In this document: positions 20,120 to 29,160 of the stretch, piece after piece
Layout: each line of letters opens with the position of its first letter
Numbering within the stretch: position 1 is the stretch's first letter
Source of the DNA: Candidatus Nealsonbacteria bacterium
GTDB lineage: Bacteria; Patescibacteriota; Minisyncoccia; Minisyncoccales; JANBVM01
DNA: 64,000 nucleotides
NCBI GenBank assembly: GCA_026016225.1
Contig: CP061210.1
Location: 593,131-657,130, forward strand
Direction: 5' to 3'
Translations under genes and position numbers: made by a program
Notes under the pieces: generated by a model
Databases searched by the model: none
The model's input: only the letters and a program-made list of their open reading frames with translations
What the model was told of the DNA's origin: nothing

Positions 20120-20695
20120 TTAGCGTTTCCTCCACTGCTTTGCTCTTCTGGCTCTTCTTAAACCAAACTTTTTTCTTTCTCTCATTCTTGAATCCCTTCT
20201 TAAAAAGCCAGCTTTTTTTAATCTTTTTCTAAAGTCGGGGTTAAAAAGAACAAGTACTCTGGCTATTCCATGACGAATAGCTTCTGCTTGACCGGAAATA
20301 CCTCCCCCTTTCACGATTACTGAAATCCTAAACTTATCTATGCACTTCATTTTTTCTAAAGAAGCTAAAGCAGTTTTTTGAAGCTCAAGAATAGGAAAAT
20401 ATTTTTCCAATGGCTTTTTGTTAACTAAAAATTCTTTCTCTCCTTTAGTCCAAATTCTCACCCTGGCTACCGATGTCTTTCTTCTCCCTTGAGATTCATA
20501 ATATTTATCAGGTTTACTAACCTTTTTTTCCGCCAGCTGGCGGATTTCTTTTCTTCTCTTGTCCTCCACATCCTTGACTACGGAGGGTTTCTCTACTTTC
20601 TTCTTTTTCTTTTCTTTCTTAGGAGCTTTAGGTTTTTTCTTGGTTTTTGTTTTAGTTTTTGTTTTAGTTTTTGTTTCTGTTTTAGCTTTTACCAT
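20120..20695 (-). CDS. rpsI: 30S ribosomal protein S9 with long K-rich N-terminal extension
   Basis: GRRKTSVARV, GGGISGQAEAIRHGIAR, RMRERKKFGL. Confidence 0.97.
   Translation of the reverse strand: MVKAKTETKTKTKTKTKTKKKPKAPKKEKKKKKVEKPSVVKDVEDKRRKEIRQLAEKKVSKPDKYYESQGRRKTSVARVRIWTKGEKEFLVNKKPLEKYFPILELQKTALASLEKMKCIDKFRISVIVKGGGISGQAEAIRHGIARVLVLFNPDFRKRLKKAGFLRRDSRMRERKKFGLRRARRAKQWRKR
20529..20587. repeat. two palindromes in the rpsI N-terminal extension
   Basis: Perfect tccgccagctggcgga (IRQLAE) and tcctccacatccttgactacggaggg (PSVVKDVED). Confidence 0.7.
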
Positions 20696-20713
20696 ATAAT
20701 ATTAATTTAAAAC

Positions 20714-21070
20714 CTATTTAGATTTTTCAAATCTTAATCTTTTTATCTGTTTTGACCTTAATTTATTTTTTGGCAACATCCCATAAACTGCTTTTTTTAA
20801 AACTTCTTCAGGTTTTGTCTTAAAAAGTCGTTTTAAAGGAATTTCTTTCAATCCACCGGGATATCCTGAATATCGATAATATTTTTTCTGCTCCATTTTC
20901 CTTCCCGTAATTTTTAACTTCTCAACATTTTTAACAATTACAATATCACCCATATCTTTATAGGGTACAAAGTCAGGTTTTTGTTTGCCACGCAAAAGAA
21001 TGGCGACTTTGCTAGCTAGCCTACCCAAAACTTTATCTTCAGCATCAATAGTATGAGTTTTCCGTTGCAT
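20714..21070 (-). CDS. rplM: 50S ribosomal protein L13 (short)
   Basis: IDAEDKVLGRLAS, YSGYPGGLK, GMLPKN. Confidence 0.96.
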   Translation of the reverse strand: MQRKTHTIDAEDKVLGRLASKVAILLRGKQKPDFVPYKDMGDIVIVKNVEKLKITGRKMEQKKYYRYSGYPGGLKEIPLKRLFKTKPEEVLKKAVYGMLPKNKLRSKQIKRLRFEKSK

Positions 21071-21087
21071 AGCTAAATGGTTGCCAT

Positions 21088-21438
21088 TCATTCTACTAAT
21101 TCTATTATTGCCATTTTTGCCCCGTTGCTCTTTCTTGGTCCCAATTTAATAATTCTTGTGTATCCTCCTTTCCTCTCTTTATACCTCGGAGCTATTTCCT
21201 CGACTATTTTTTTTACCATTTGTGAAGAAAAATTCTTAGCTAATAGTCTTCTTGCTGACAGATCAGCCTTCTTGGCTTTAGTAATTTGTTTTTCGGCAAA
21301 AATAGAAAGCTCTTTAGCTTTAGCTTTCGTAGTTTTAATCTTTTCTTTTAAGAAAAATTCTCTGGCCAAAGACCTCAAAAGTGCTCTTCTTTGGTTTCTT
21401 TTCCTGCTAAGCTTTCTTCCTTTTTTTCTTTTTTTCAT
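21088..21438 (-). CDS. rplQ: 50S ribosomal protein L17
   Basis: GRKLSR..QRRALL, TTKAKAKE, GGYTRIIK. Confidence 0.97.
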   Translation of the reverse strand: MKKRKKGRKLSRKRNQRRALLRSLAREFFLKEKIKTTKAKAKELSIFAEKQITKAKKADLSARRLLAKNFSSQMVKKIVEEIAPRYKERKGGYTRIIKLGPRKSNGAKMAIIELVE

Positions 21439-22204
21439 GTTTTTTGCTTTTAACTGTTTTATCGTGTTCTTTTTTCAACTCTCTCTTTCTCTTATCTTCA
21501 GCTTTAACTAAGGAGGATTCCTTTTTGAAGGTCTGAGAAAATAAATCAAAGTGATTTAATAAAATCTTTGAAGCTCTGAAAAATGCCTCTTGGGGAGATA
21601 TAATACCATCAGTCTCAATCTCTAAAAATAACCTATCAAAATCTGTTCTCTTCCCCACCCTCATATTCTCTACCTTAAAAGCCACTCTTTTTACCGGAGT
21701 AAAGATAGAGTCCAAAAGAATTACTCCAACTTCTAATTTTTCTTTCTTCCTTGCTTCTTTTGGTACATATCCTGTTCCTTTTTCAACCTGAATTTCTATC
21801 TCTAATTCTGCTTTTTTTTCGGTCAAAGTGGCAATATGGGCTTCTTTATCCACTAACTCTAATTGGGCTGGAAGTTTAAAATCAGAACCTGTCACTTTCT
21901 TTTCACCTTTTACCTTTAAAACAGCTTTTTGAGGCTCTTTTGTGAAAATCTTAAATCTTAACTTTTTTAAATTAAGTAGAATATCAATTACATCCTCGAG
22001 CACGCCGGGAATAGTTGAAAATTCATGGGAAACATTTTTTATCCTAACATGGGTGAGCGCAGCACCCTCTAAAGAAGAAAGTAAAACTCTTCTTAAAGAA
22101 TTTCCAATTGTGACTCCATAACCCGGATAAAGAGCTTCTATTTCAAAAATGGCTTTATTTTTTTCTTTTTTAATAGCTTTTGGCTTAAGGGGTAAAGGAA
22201 TCAT
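21407..22204 (-). CDS. rpoA: RNA polymerase alpha subunit lacking the alpha-CTD
   Basis: GYGVTIGNSLRRVLLSS, HEFSTIPGV, VENMRVG..TDFD; ends in a K-rich tail overlapping rplQ. Confidence 0.96.
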   Translation of the reverse strand: MIPLPLKPKAIKKEKNKAIFEIEALYPGYGVTIGNSLRRVLLSSLEGAALTHVRIKNVSHEFSTIPGVLEDVIDILLNLKKLRFKIFTKEPQKAVLKVKGEKKVTGSDFKLPAQLELVDKEAHIATLTEKKAELEIEIQVEKGTGYVPKEARKKEKLEVGVILLDSIFTPVKRVAFKVENMRVGKRTDFDRLFLEIETDGIISPQEAFFRASKILLNHFDLFSQTFKKESSLVKAEDKRKRELKKEHDKTVKSKKHEKKKKRKKA

Positions 22205-22275
22205 GATTTAAAAAACAAGCAACAAGAGAAGGGGAATAAAGATTTTTCTTATTTTCCATTTCCTGCTCCTTGAAA

Positions 22276-22908
22276 TTATCTTGAATAAAACTCGAAAATA
22301 GTTGGTATTTCCACCGGTGGAGATACTTCTTCTAAAGTAGGAATTCCAACTATTTTCCCTTCTAATTTTTCGGTATTTAATTCAAGCCAACTCGGAACTT
22401 TTTGTTTTTTCATTAAAGCTCTAATTTCTTTCACAACCTTCCTTCCAGATTTTTTAGGTTTTAGGGAAATAACATCTCCTTTTTTTAATTGGTGAGAGGG
22501 AATATTCATGGCTTTTTTATTAACCATAAAAAACCTATGCGACACTAATTGTCTTGCTTTAGCTCTTGAAAGAGTGAAACCTAATCTAAAAACTACATTA
22601 TCTAAACGAAACTCTAACATTTGAATCAGTAAAGCTGAGGTATCTTTTACTTTGCCTCTTTTTCCCAGTATCTTCTTTATATAATTTTTAAACTGTTTTT
22701 CTCTTAAATTATACCAGTTTCTTAATTTTTGTTTTTCTCTCAACTCCTTTGCATATTCTGAAGGACGACTTCTTCTTCTTCTCTTTGCTTTTTGACCGGG
22801 AGGATAAGCCCTTTTTACCATAGCGCACTTTGGCGAAAAACAACGTTCGCCTTTTAAAAAAAGTTTTTCACCTACTCTCCGACAAATTTTGCACTTCGCA
22901 TTTATCAT
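22276..22908 (-). CDS. rpsD: 30S ribosomal protein S4
   Basis: CKICRR, LREKQK, LEFRLDNVVFR, EFYSR. Confidence 0.97.
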   Translation of the reverse strand: MINAKCKICRRVGEKLFLKGERCFSPKCAMVKRAYPPGQKAKRRRRSRPSEYAKELREKQKLRNWYNLREKQFKNYIKKILGKRGKVKDTSALLIQMLEFRLDNVVFRLGFTLSRAKARQLVSHRFFMVNKKAMNIPSHQLKKGDVISLKPKKSGRKVVKEIRALMKKQKVPSWLELNTEKLEGKIVGIPTLEEVSPPVEIPTIFEFYSR

Positions 22909-22913
22909 CTTAT

Positions 22914-23050
22914 TTCTTAATTCGTAGAATCAAGGTTCTGAGGAGCGGAGCGACGAATGGTTCTTAATTCAAAGAATCAAGGTTCTGAGGAGCGGAGCGA
23001 CGAATGGTTCTTAATTCAAAGAATCAAGGTTCTCACCGAAGGTGAGGTTC
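22914..23050. repeat. 47-bp tandem repeat (~2.5 copies) filling the rpsK-rpsD gap
   Basis: ttcttaattcRWagaatcaaggttctgaggagcggagcgacgaatgg at 22914 and 22961, partial at 23008. Confidence 0.92.
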
Positions 23051-23503
23051 TTACACTCTCCTTGGTTTTTTAGGCCGACAACCGTTATGGGGAACAGGAG
23101 TTACATCTTTAATTGAGATTATATCCAAACGCCGAGCCGCCAGACTTCTTATTGCCGAGTCCCTTCCGGAACCTATTCCCTTAACTAAAACCTTAATTTT
23201 TTTGATCTTCAATTTATCTACCACTTGACTCATTGCTTCAGCTACCTTTGAAGCAGCAAAAGGAGTGCCTTTCTTTGTACCTTTAAAACCAATTCTACCC
23301 GCCGAAGTCCAGTATAAAACATTTCCTTCAAGGTCAGTTAAGCTTAAGAGTGTATTATTATACGAAGAATAAATATAAATTCTCCCCTCTTTTACTTTCT
23401 GAGGAGCTTTTATTTTAACTTCTTTCCTTACAGCTGCTTCTACTTTTTCTCTCTCTTTTAATAATTCTTCTTTAGTTTTAACAACAACACGTTTCTTACC
23501 CAT
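23051..23503 (-). CDS. rpsK: 30S ribosomal protein S11
   Basis: SYNNT, GFKGTKKGTPFAA, DVTPVPHNGCRP. Confidence 0.97.
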   Translation of the reverse strand: MGKKRVVVKTKEELLKEREKVEAAVRKEVKIKAPQKVKEGRIYIYSSYNNTLLSLTDLEGNVLYWTSAGRIGFKGTKKGTPFAASKVAEAMSQVVDKLKIKKIKVLVKGIGSGRDSAIRSLAARRLDIISIKDVTPVPHNGCRPKKPRRV

Positions 23504-23528
23504 AGTGGTAATATTTTTTGATATTATT

Positions 23529-23918
23529 CTATTTTGAGGTTGGAGGCGGTTTTCTGCCTGAACCTACAGTTTTCCTTACATTTCCTCTTACTGTCCTGGT
23601 GTTTGTCTTGGTTCTCTGACCTCTAACAGGCAATCCTTTAGCATGACGAAGACCCCTCCATGTCCCGATATCTCTTAATCTTTTAATTGCCATCATTTTC
23701 CCTCTTTTCACTTCTCCTTCTACTTTATAATTTCTTTCAATTATTTCTTTTAAACGGTTAATTTCATCGGGTGTAAGATCTTTTGCTTTTTTAAAAGGAT
23801 TTATGCTGGTTTGTATAAGAATTTTACTACTTAAAGAAAGACCTATTCCGTAAATGTAGGTCAAAGCTATTTCTATTTGTTTGTTTTCTGGTATATTAAC
23901 TCCGGCAATTCTTGGCAT
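23529..23918 (-). CDS. rpsM: 30S ribosomal protein S13
   Basis: RIAGVNIP, YIYGIG, GLPVRGQRTKTN. Confidence 0.98.
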   Translation of the reverse strand: MPRIAGVNIPENKQIEIALTYIYGIGLSLSSKILIQTSINPFKKAKDLTPDEINRLKEIIERNYKVEGEVKRGKMMAIKRLRDIGTWRGLRHAKGLPVRGQRTKTNTRTVRGNVRKTVGSGRKPPPTSK

Positions 23919-23932
23919 TGTATTTACTTTTT

Positions 23933-24046
23933 TTATCCTTGTCTTTGTTTATGTTTAGGGTTCTTACATATTATATAAACCCGTCCTTTTCTCCGAACAA
24001 CCTTACAATGTCGACACCTTTTTTTTACAGATGATTTTACTTTCAT
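23933..24046 (-). CDS. rpmJ: 50S ribosomal protein L36 (not in the ORF track)
   Basis: Manual translation [37 protein letters not shown]. Confidence 0.97.
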   Translation of the reverse strand: MKVKSSVKKRCRHCKVVRRKGRVYIICKNPKHKQRQG

Positions 24047-24056
24047 AAAAAGCTAA

Positions 24057-24275
24057 TTATTTATTTCGATAAACTATTCTTCCCCTCTTTTCATCATAGG
24101 GGCTTAGCTCTACCGTTACTTTGTCACCTGGTAAAACTTTAATCCTATATATCCTCAACTTTCCGGCAAGATGACATAATGCCTCTTTCCCATCCTCTAA
24201 TCTTATACGAAAATTACCAGCTGGTAGAGCCTCTAAAACTACTCCATATTTTTTAATTTTTTTGTTTTTCACCAA
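24057..24275 (-). CDS. infA: translation initiation factor IF-1
   Basis: EALP, HLAGK, PGDKVTVELSPYD..RGRI. Confidence 0.96.
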   Translation of the reverse strand: MVKNKKIKKYGVVLEALPAGNFRIRLEDGKEALCHLAGKLRIYRIKVLPGDKVTVELSPYDEKRGRIVYRNK

Positions 24276-24361
24276 TGATTGATAATTGATTAATTTACCA
24301 AAAATTTAAATTTTAGTCAACACTTTGGCTTTACTTAATACAAGCCCTTTTAGAATAGACT

Positions 24362-25597
24362 TTAATCTATAATAGGATATTTAATCTCAATTTTATTTAA
24401 ATCCTCTGGTACACTTTTCACCCAAAATGGCCAAAATCTAATTTCTATATTGATAAATTCTGATTGTTTTTCCAGAAAAATTTTTGTTTCAATTAAGGAT
24501 TTTCCGACTAACGACTCCTTTAAAAGTTGTAAATTAATATCGGGATACATCTTAATTGAAAAACTCAAAGAGAGAACAACCTTCCCAGATTCAAAATCAA
24601 CAATTTGAGGAGTATAATCTATTTTTAAGCTCTCCTCGTAGAGTAATTTTTCTTCATGAGTTTCAGAAAAGATAAATTCTTTTACAAAATTTTGGACTTC
24701 TTCTTTTTTAAAAATAATCGTAGTAGCTTCTACCGTTGCTCCGGAATTAAATCTTTCTACCTCATTTCCTTCCTTTGCTAAAGAAAATATGTCTTTAATC
24801 TCTGTCTCTAAAATGTCGTCCAAAAATACGAATTCATCTGTAACCTTGTTTTCTAAACTTACCGCAGCTTTTGTTTTTGCTTTCTTTGAGACACTCTCTT
24901 TTGCATTTTCTATATCTTCTGTAGTAATTTGAGGTGAATCTCCTCCTCCTTTTATTTCTTCAAAAGACTCTCCGTAAAATTTAGTATACCTTGGAGTTCC
25001 TCTGAAAACAAAAATAGAAAAATGGGAAGGTCCAATATTATAATCTTCACCTGCTTCAGCAGCTATTACCGGAACGTCAACATATTTTGGGATAATTTTT
25101 CCATTTTCGATTTCAGCTCCAGGCACAGCAATTTTATCTTTTGATTTATATAGTTTTCCTTCAGAGGATACAAATCTTGTTTCTGCTAACCAATTTTCGG
25201 ATTTTGTACTATAAGCATTATAAAGTCTAATAATACCTTCTGCTTTCTTTAAAGTTCTGCCAGAAGATAAAAAACTGTCAGAGATACTTTCTTCAATCTT
25301 AAGAAATTGACCGGGAATAGTTTTGTTTTCAAAATCAGGTTTTTCAACTTCTGTATCTATGGTTAAGTTTGTCTTAGAAAAATCTGTCTTTGTCTCCGGC
25401 CAAATTTTAATCTCAACTTTTGAGAGCTGAAAACCAACGATAACAGCTATTATTAAGGATAAAGGAATTAAAAACCAAACCCAGTTTATCTTGATTTTTT
25501 TAGGTAATTCTTCTTTCTCTTCTACTAATGGTTTTTCCATTTTTAAAGAGGAAGAAGGTTCTTCAGGCGGTAAAATGTCCCAGATTTTCCTTGTCAT
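24362..25597 (-). CDS. membrane-anchored conserved hypothetical protein (baseplate J-like domain suspected)
   Basis: N-terminal TM, AEGIIRLYN, AAEAGEDYNIGP, C-terminal PFWVKSVP; family call from memory. Confidence 0.6.
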   Translation of the reverse strand: MTRKIWDILPPEEPSSSLKMEKPLVEEKEELPKKIKINWVWFLIPLSLIIAVIVGFQLSKVEIKIWPETKTDFSKTNLTIDTEVEKPDFENKTIPGQFLKIEESISDSFLSSGRTLKKAEGIIRLYNAYSTKSENWLAETRFVSSEGKLYKSKDKIAVPGAEIENGKIIPKYVDVPVIAAEAGEDYNIGPSHFSIFVFRGTPRYTKFYGESFEEIKGGGDSPQITTEDIENAKESVSKKAKTKAAVSLENKVTDEFVFLDDILETEIKDIFSLAKEGNEVERFNSGATVEATTIIFKKEEVQNFVKEFIFSETHEEKLLYEESLKIDYTPQIVDFESGKVVLSLSFSIKMYPDINLQLLKESLVGKSLIETKIFLEKQSEFINIEIRFWPFWVKSVPEDLNKIEIKYPIID

Positions 25598-25668
25598 ACT
25601 TTATATATTATATCAAAAAATCCTTTACTTTAAAATGAAGGATTAAAAAAGGATTAATGAGGTGGAAT

Positions 25669-27483
25669 TTATTCAAGAATTGCTCGAATTCTTCTTATCC
25701 CGGCTCCTGCTGACTCTTCTTTTACAATTTTAAAATGCCCTAATTCCCCTGTACTATTTTCATGGGGCCCGGCACAAATCTCTTTTGAAAAAATTTTTCC
25801 TCCAGACTCCCTAATAGAATATACCGTCACCCTATCAGGGTATTTATCTTTGAAAAAAGCCAGGGCTCCTGATTTTACGGCTGTTTGATAGGGCAATTCC
25901 TCTTTTATAACCTCTAAATCTTCTTTTATTTTCTGGTTAACCAAGTCTTGAACTCTTTTAAGTTCTTTATCTGTTAATTTTTGAGGGTGAGAAAAATCAA
26001 ACCTTAAACGTTGAGGGGTAATATCAGAACCCATCTGCTTTACATGAAAGCCTAAAACATTCCTTAAGGCTTGATGAAGTAAATGAGTAGCAGTGTGAAG
26101 TTTTGTAGCTGTATAAGTAGCTTCCTTGCCAATTCCACCAAATTTCTTTTCAACCCCTGCCCTTGAAATCTCCTGATGTTTCTTAAATTCCTCTTTAAAT
26201 CCTTTTTTATCAACCTTTATCCCCTTTTCTTTAGCTAACTCCTCGCTTAATTCCAGAGGGAATCCATAAGTATCGTAAAGATGGAAAGCATCACTGCCTG
26301 AAATATTTCCTTTTGATGAGATTTTTTTAAACTGTTTCAAACCCTTTTTTAAGGTCTTCTCAAATCTTTCTTCTTCTCTTTGAATTACGGTTAAACTATC
26401 TGTTTGTTTAGATTTTACTTCAGGATATACATCTTTGTAAATTTCAATCACTTTTTTGGCTAAAGGAACCAAGAAATTATTTGGCAAATTGAGCACTTTT
26501 CCAAATCTTATTGCTCTTCTTAAAATGCGTCTCAAGATATATCCTTGCTCCACGTTTGATGGAAGAACTCCATCAGCTGTTAGAAAAACAATTGACCTGA
26601 TGTGGTCAGCCAAAATTCTAAAAATTCTCTTTTCTTCCTTTAATTCCTTTAATTCCTCATATTTTTTAGAAGAGATTCTTTCAAGTTCCTGAATCACTGG
26701 CAAAAATAAATCTGTTTCATAAGCTGAACTTTTGTGCTGTAAAAGAGCTGCCAACCTTTCAAAACCTACTCCTGTGTCTACATTTTTTTGAGAAAGAAGT
26801 TTATAACTTCCATCCTCATCTTTAAAATATTCCATAAAAACTAAATTCCATAATTCTACAAAACGCTTGCAATTGCCGCAATTAGGACCGCATTCAACTG
26901 CCCCACAACCAAATGACTCACCTCTATCATAAAAGATTTCTGAACAAGGTCCGCAGGGACCCCTTTTCCCAACCGGTCCCCAAAAATTATCTTTTATTCC
27001 AAATTCTCTTATTCTTTCTTCTGGAATTCGGTTTTCTTGCCAGATTCTCTTTAACTCTTCATCTTTAGGTATGTTCTTCTCGCCTTTAAAAACAGTTGTC
27101 CAAAGTCTATTTTTATCTAAACCTAAAACATCCACGAAAAATTCTAAAGCATATTTAACAGCCCCTTCTTTGAAATAACCTTTCTCTGCATCTTGCCCAA
27201 TCGACCAATTCCCTAACATTTCAAAAAAAGTATGATGAGTATCATCTCCCACCTTATCAATATCGTCCGTTCTAAAACATTTCTGGCAAGAAGCCAAATG
27301 TCTCCGACCAAAATCTACGATAGGGTCTTTTTCTCCTTGTAAATATAAAGTAAATTGCTGCATTCCAGCTGTAGTAAATAAAACTGTTGTATCTTCTGGC
27401 AATAATGAAGAAGAAGGCACAATTTTATGCCCCTTTTTCCTAAAGAAGTTTAAGAATTTTTTTCTTATCTCTTTTGAAATCAT
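25669..27483 (-). CDS. alaS: alanine--tRNA ligase (short, no C-Ala domain)
   Basis: FTTAGMQQF, HHTFFEMLGN, GPCGPCSE, editing HTATH...CAGPH. Confidence 0.97.
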   Translation of the reverse strand: MISKEIRKKFLNFFRKKGHKIVPSSSLLPEDTTVLFTTAGMQQFTLYLQGEKDPIVDFGRRHLASCQKCFRTDDIDKVGDDTHHTFFEMLGNWSIGQDAEKGYFKEGAVKYALEFFVDVLGLDKNRLWTTVFKGEKNIPKDEELKRIWQENRIPEERIREFGIKDNFWGPVGKRGPCGPCSEIFYDRGESFGCGAVECGPNCGNCKRFVELWNLVFMEYFKDEDGSYKLLSQKNVDTGVGFERLAALLQHKSSAYETDLFLPVIQELERISSKKYEELKELKEEKRIFRILADHIRSIVFLTADGVLPSNVEQGYILRRILRRAIRFGKVLNLPNNFLVPLAKKVIEIYKDVYPEVKSKQTDSLTVIQREEERFEKTLKKGLKQFKKISSKGNISGSDAFHLYDTYGFPLELSEELAKEKGIKVDKKGFKEEFKKHQEISRAGVEKKFGGIGKEATYTATKLHTATHLLHQALRNVLGFHVKQMGSDITPQRLRFDFSHPQKLTDKELKRVQDLVNQKIKEDLEVIKEELPYQTAVKSGALAFFKDKYPDRVTVYSIRESGGKIFSKEICAGPHENSTGELGHFKIVKEESAGAGIRRIRAILE

Positions 27484-27507
27484 TACCTAAATTTCAAAGT
27501 TAAAAGT

Positions 27508-28056
27508 TTAAGCGTATCTATCTGCTACCGACGAAGCGACATATGCTTCGGGTTTTATTTTTGGCTCAAAACCATTTCCTCTAATCAATCCAACTACTTC
27601 TTTTATCATATCTTTCGTGCCTCCATTTTCTCCTATATCAGCGTGAATATAGCAAAATCTATAATTATAATTTTTATCTTTAGTCTCAATTCTTTTTTCA
27701 AGTTTTTCTTTAAAAAGAAGGGCCAATTTACAAGATAACAAAACCTCTTCTAATATTCTCTCCTTCCATGAGTAAAATTTTCGATTTTTATAGCTAATTT
27801 TTTTAAGAAAAAATCTTCCTCCTTCTCCCATTTTCAAAACAACAATTGCCACCGGGAAATTAGGAACTTTCTCAGAAGAAGAATCACAACCAATAATGAT
27901 ATCATAAAAATTATCAGTTTCAGATTCTATGTAAGCTAAAATCTCATCAATGACTTGATCTAATTTTAAGCTCCCTTTAGTGGGGTTATAAAAATAACCT
28001 CCAAAAACAGGATTTTTTTTCTCAGAAGATAAACGAGATTGCATGATATCTTTCAT
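27508..28056 (-). CDS. RNase H-like YkuK (DUF458) family protein
   Basis: IIGCDS, GGRFF, IHADIGENG.T, IKPEAYVASSVADR. Confidence 0.85.
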   Translation of the reverse strand: MKDIMQSRLSSEKKNPVFGGYFYNPTKGSLKLDQVIDEILAYIESETDNFYDIIIGCDSSSEKVPNFPVAIVVLKMGEGGRFFLKKISYKNRKFYSWKERILEEVLLSCKLALLFKEKLEKRIETKDKNYNYRFCYIHADIGENGGTKDMIKEVVGLIRGNGFEPKIKPEAYVASSVADRYA

Positions 28057-28089
28057 ATACTTAATATAACAAAAAAATATAAAAAATCA

Positions 28090-28113
28090 ACCCTTCGGCA
28101 AGCTCAGGGCAAG
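28090..28113. repeat. small REP-like element, copy 2
   Basis: cccttcggcaagctcagggcaag. Confidence 0.7.
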
Positions 28114-28164
28114 ACTCTTCGGGATAAAAAAAAAGGGTTAAACCCTTTAAAACTTTTTTGATTA

Positions 28165-28377
28165 TTAAAAATAGTTATCATAAAGTACGATAACAAACGC
28201 CGTAAGCAATACCATCCCTAATAAACCTCCCCAGTAAAATATATATTGTAGAATATATCCTTCGAACATAAAAGCACCAAGAATCCCAAGTCCTACCCAT
28301 AGCAATATGAAGGGAAATATTATCAAAAGGTAAATGCCCAAAAACTCTAATACAGTTCTTTCTTTCATTTTAATCAT
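28165..28377 (-). CDS. small two-TM membrane protein (ORFan cassette)
   Basis: Hydrophobic 70-aa ORF; TTGACA at 28432-28437 upstream; hairpin at ~28126-28148 downstream. Confidence 0.6.
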   Translation of the reverse strand: MIKMKERTVLEFLGIYLLIIFPFILLWVGLGILGAFMFEGYILQYIFYWGGLLGMVLLTAFVIVLYDNYF

Positions 28378-28433
28378 CTGTAATTATTTAATTTAGAATT
28401 ACTAATTATTTAATAGCAAAATTAAAATATTTG

Positions 28434-29156
28434 TCAATAGTTACTTTTAGATAATAGTTTAACTATCTTAATAAATTCTTTTGGTTTTAAAGAAGCTCCT
28501 CCAATTAAAAGACCTTGAAATTTGGATTCTTTAATATAACCTAAGGCATTTTGAGAATTAACACTGCCACCGTATAAAACAGGATGTTTCTTTCCTAAAA
28601 CCTTTTTAATTGAAAGATTGAATCTTTTGGCCTGGGAAAAACTACAGGCTTTTCCAGTTCCAATCGCCCATATTGGTTCGTAAGCCACAATTATCTTTTT
28701 AATTTGGCTTTTTAAAATTCCCTTAATACCTCTTTTAATTTGAGAAATCTCATCAATGCATAAAATAGGTCTTAAATTTTGTTTAAGGACTGCTTTTAGC
28801 TTCTTATTAATTTCTGCGTCTTTTTCTAAGAAATGACTTCGTCTTTCAGAATGACCAATAATTACGTATTTACAACCCAAATCCGTAAGCATCAAAGGAG
28901 ATATCTCTCCTGTAAAAGCGCCTCTTTCTTCCCGGAAACAATTCTGTGAGCCGAAGGCGAGTCCTCCGTAGCTCGCCCTGCGGCGAGCGGAGGAGGGAGC
29001 TCCCAATAAAGATAGATAAACAAAAGGTGGACAAATTACTACTTCTGCATTTTTGACATCTTCAATCCCTCTTCTTATTGAATTGAAAAGATTACTTGCT
29101 TTTTTTAAGCTTGTTGGATTACATTTCCAATTACCTATAATGAAAATTTTATCCAT
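28434..29156 (-). CDS. tpiA: triosephosphate isomerase
   Basis: GNWK, GAFTGEIS, GHSERR, AYEPIWAIGTG, YGGSV, GGASL. Confidence 0.97.
   Translation of the reverse strand: MDKIFIIGNWKCNPTSLKKASNLFNSIRRGIEDVKNAEVVICPPFVYLSLLGAPSSARRRASYGGLAFGSQNCFREERGAFTGEISPLMLTDLGCKYVIIGHSERRSHFLEKDAEINKKLKAVLKQNLRPILCIDEISQIKRGIKGILKSQIKKIIVAYEPIWAIGTGKACSFSQAKRFNLSIKKVLGKKHPVLYGGSVNSQNALGYIKESKFQGLLIGGASLKPKEFIKIVKLLSKSNY
28962..28994. repeat. GC-rich palindrome in frame in tpiA
   Basis: tcctccg-ta-gctcgcc-ctgc-ggcgagc-ggagga; encodes PSSARRRASYGG. Confidence 0.85.
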
Positions 29157-29160
29157 GGTT

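Noticed and set aside
22914..23050. Possible CRISPR array (a Cas4-like gene lies ~3.3 kb away)
   Set aside because: Units are contiguous near-identical 47-mers with no unique spacers; no cas1/cas2 in the window
24362..25597. Prophage or contractile injection system
   Set aside because: No other phage structural, packaging or integrase genes nearby; the protein has a TM anchor and sits among housekeeping genes
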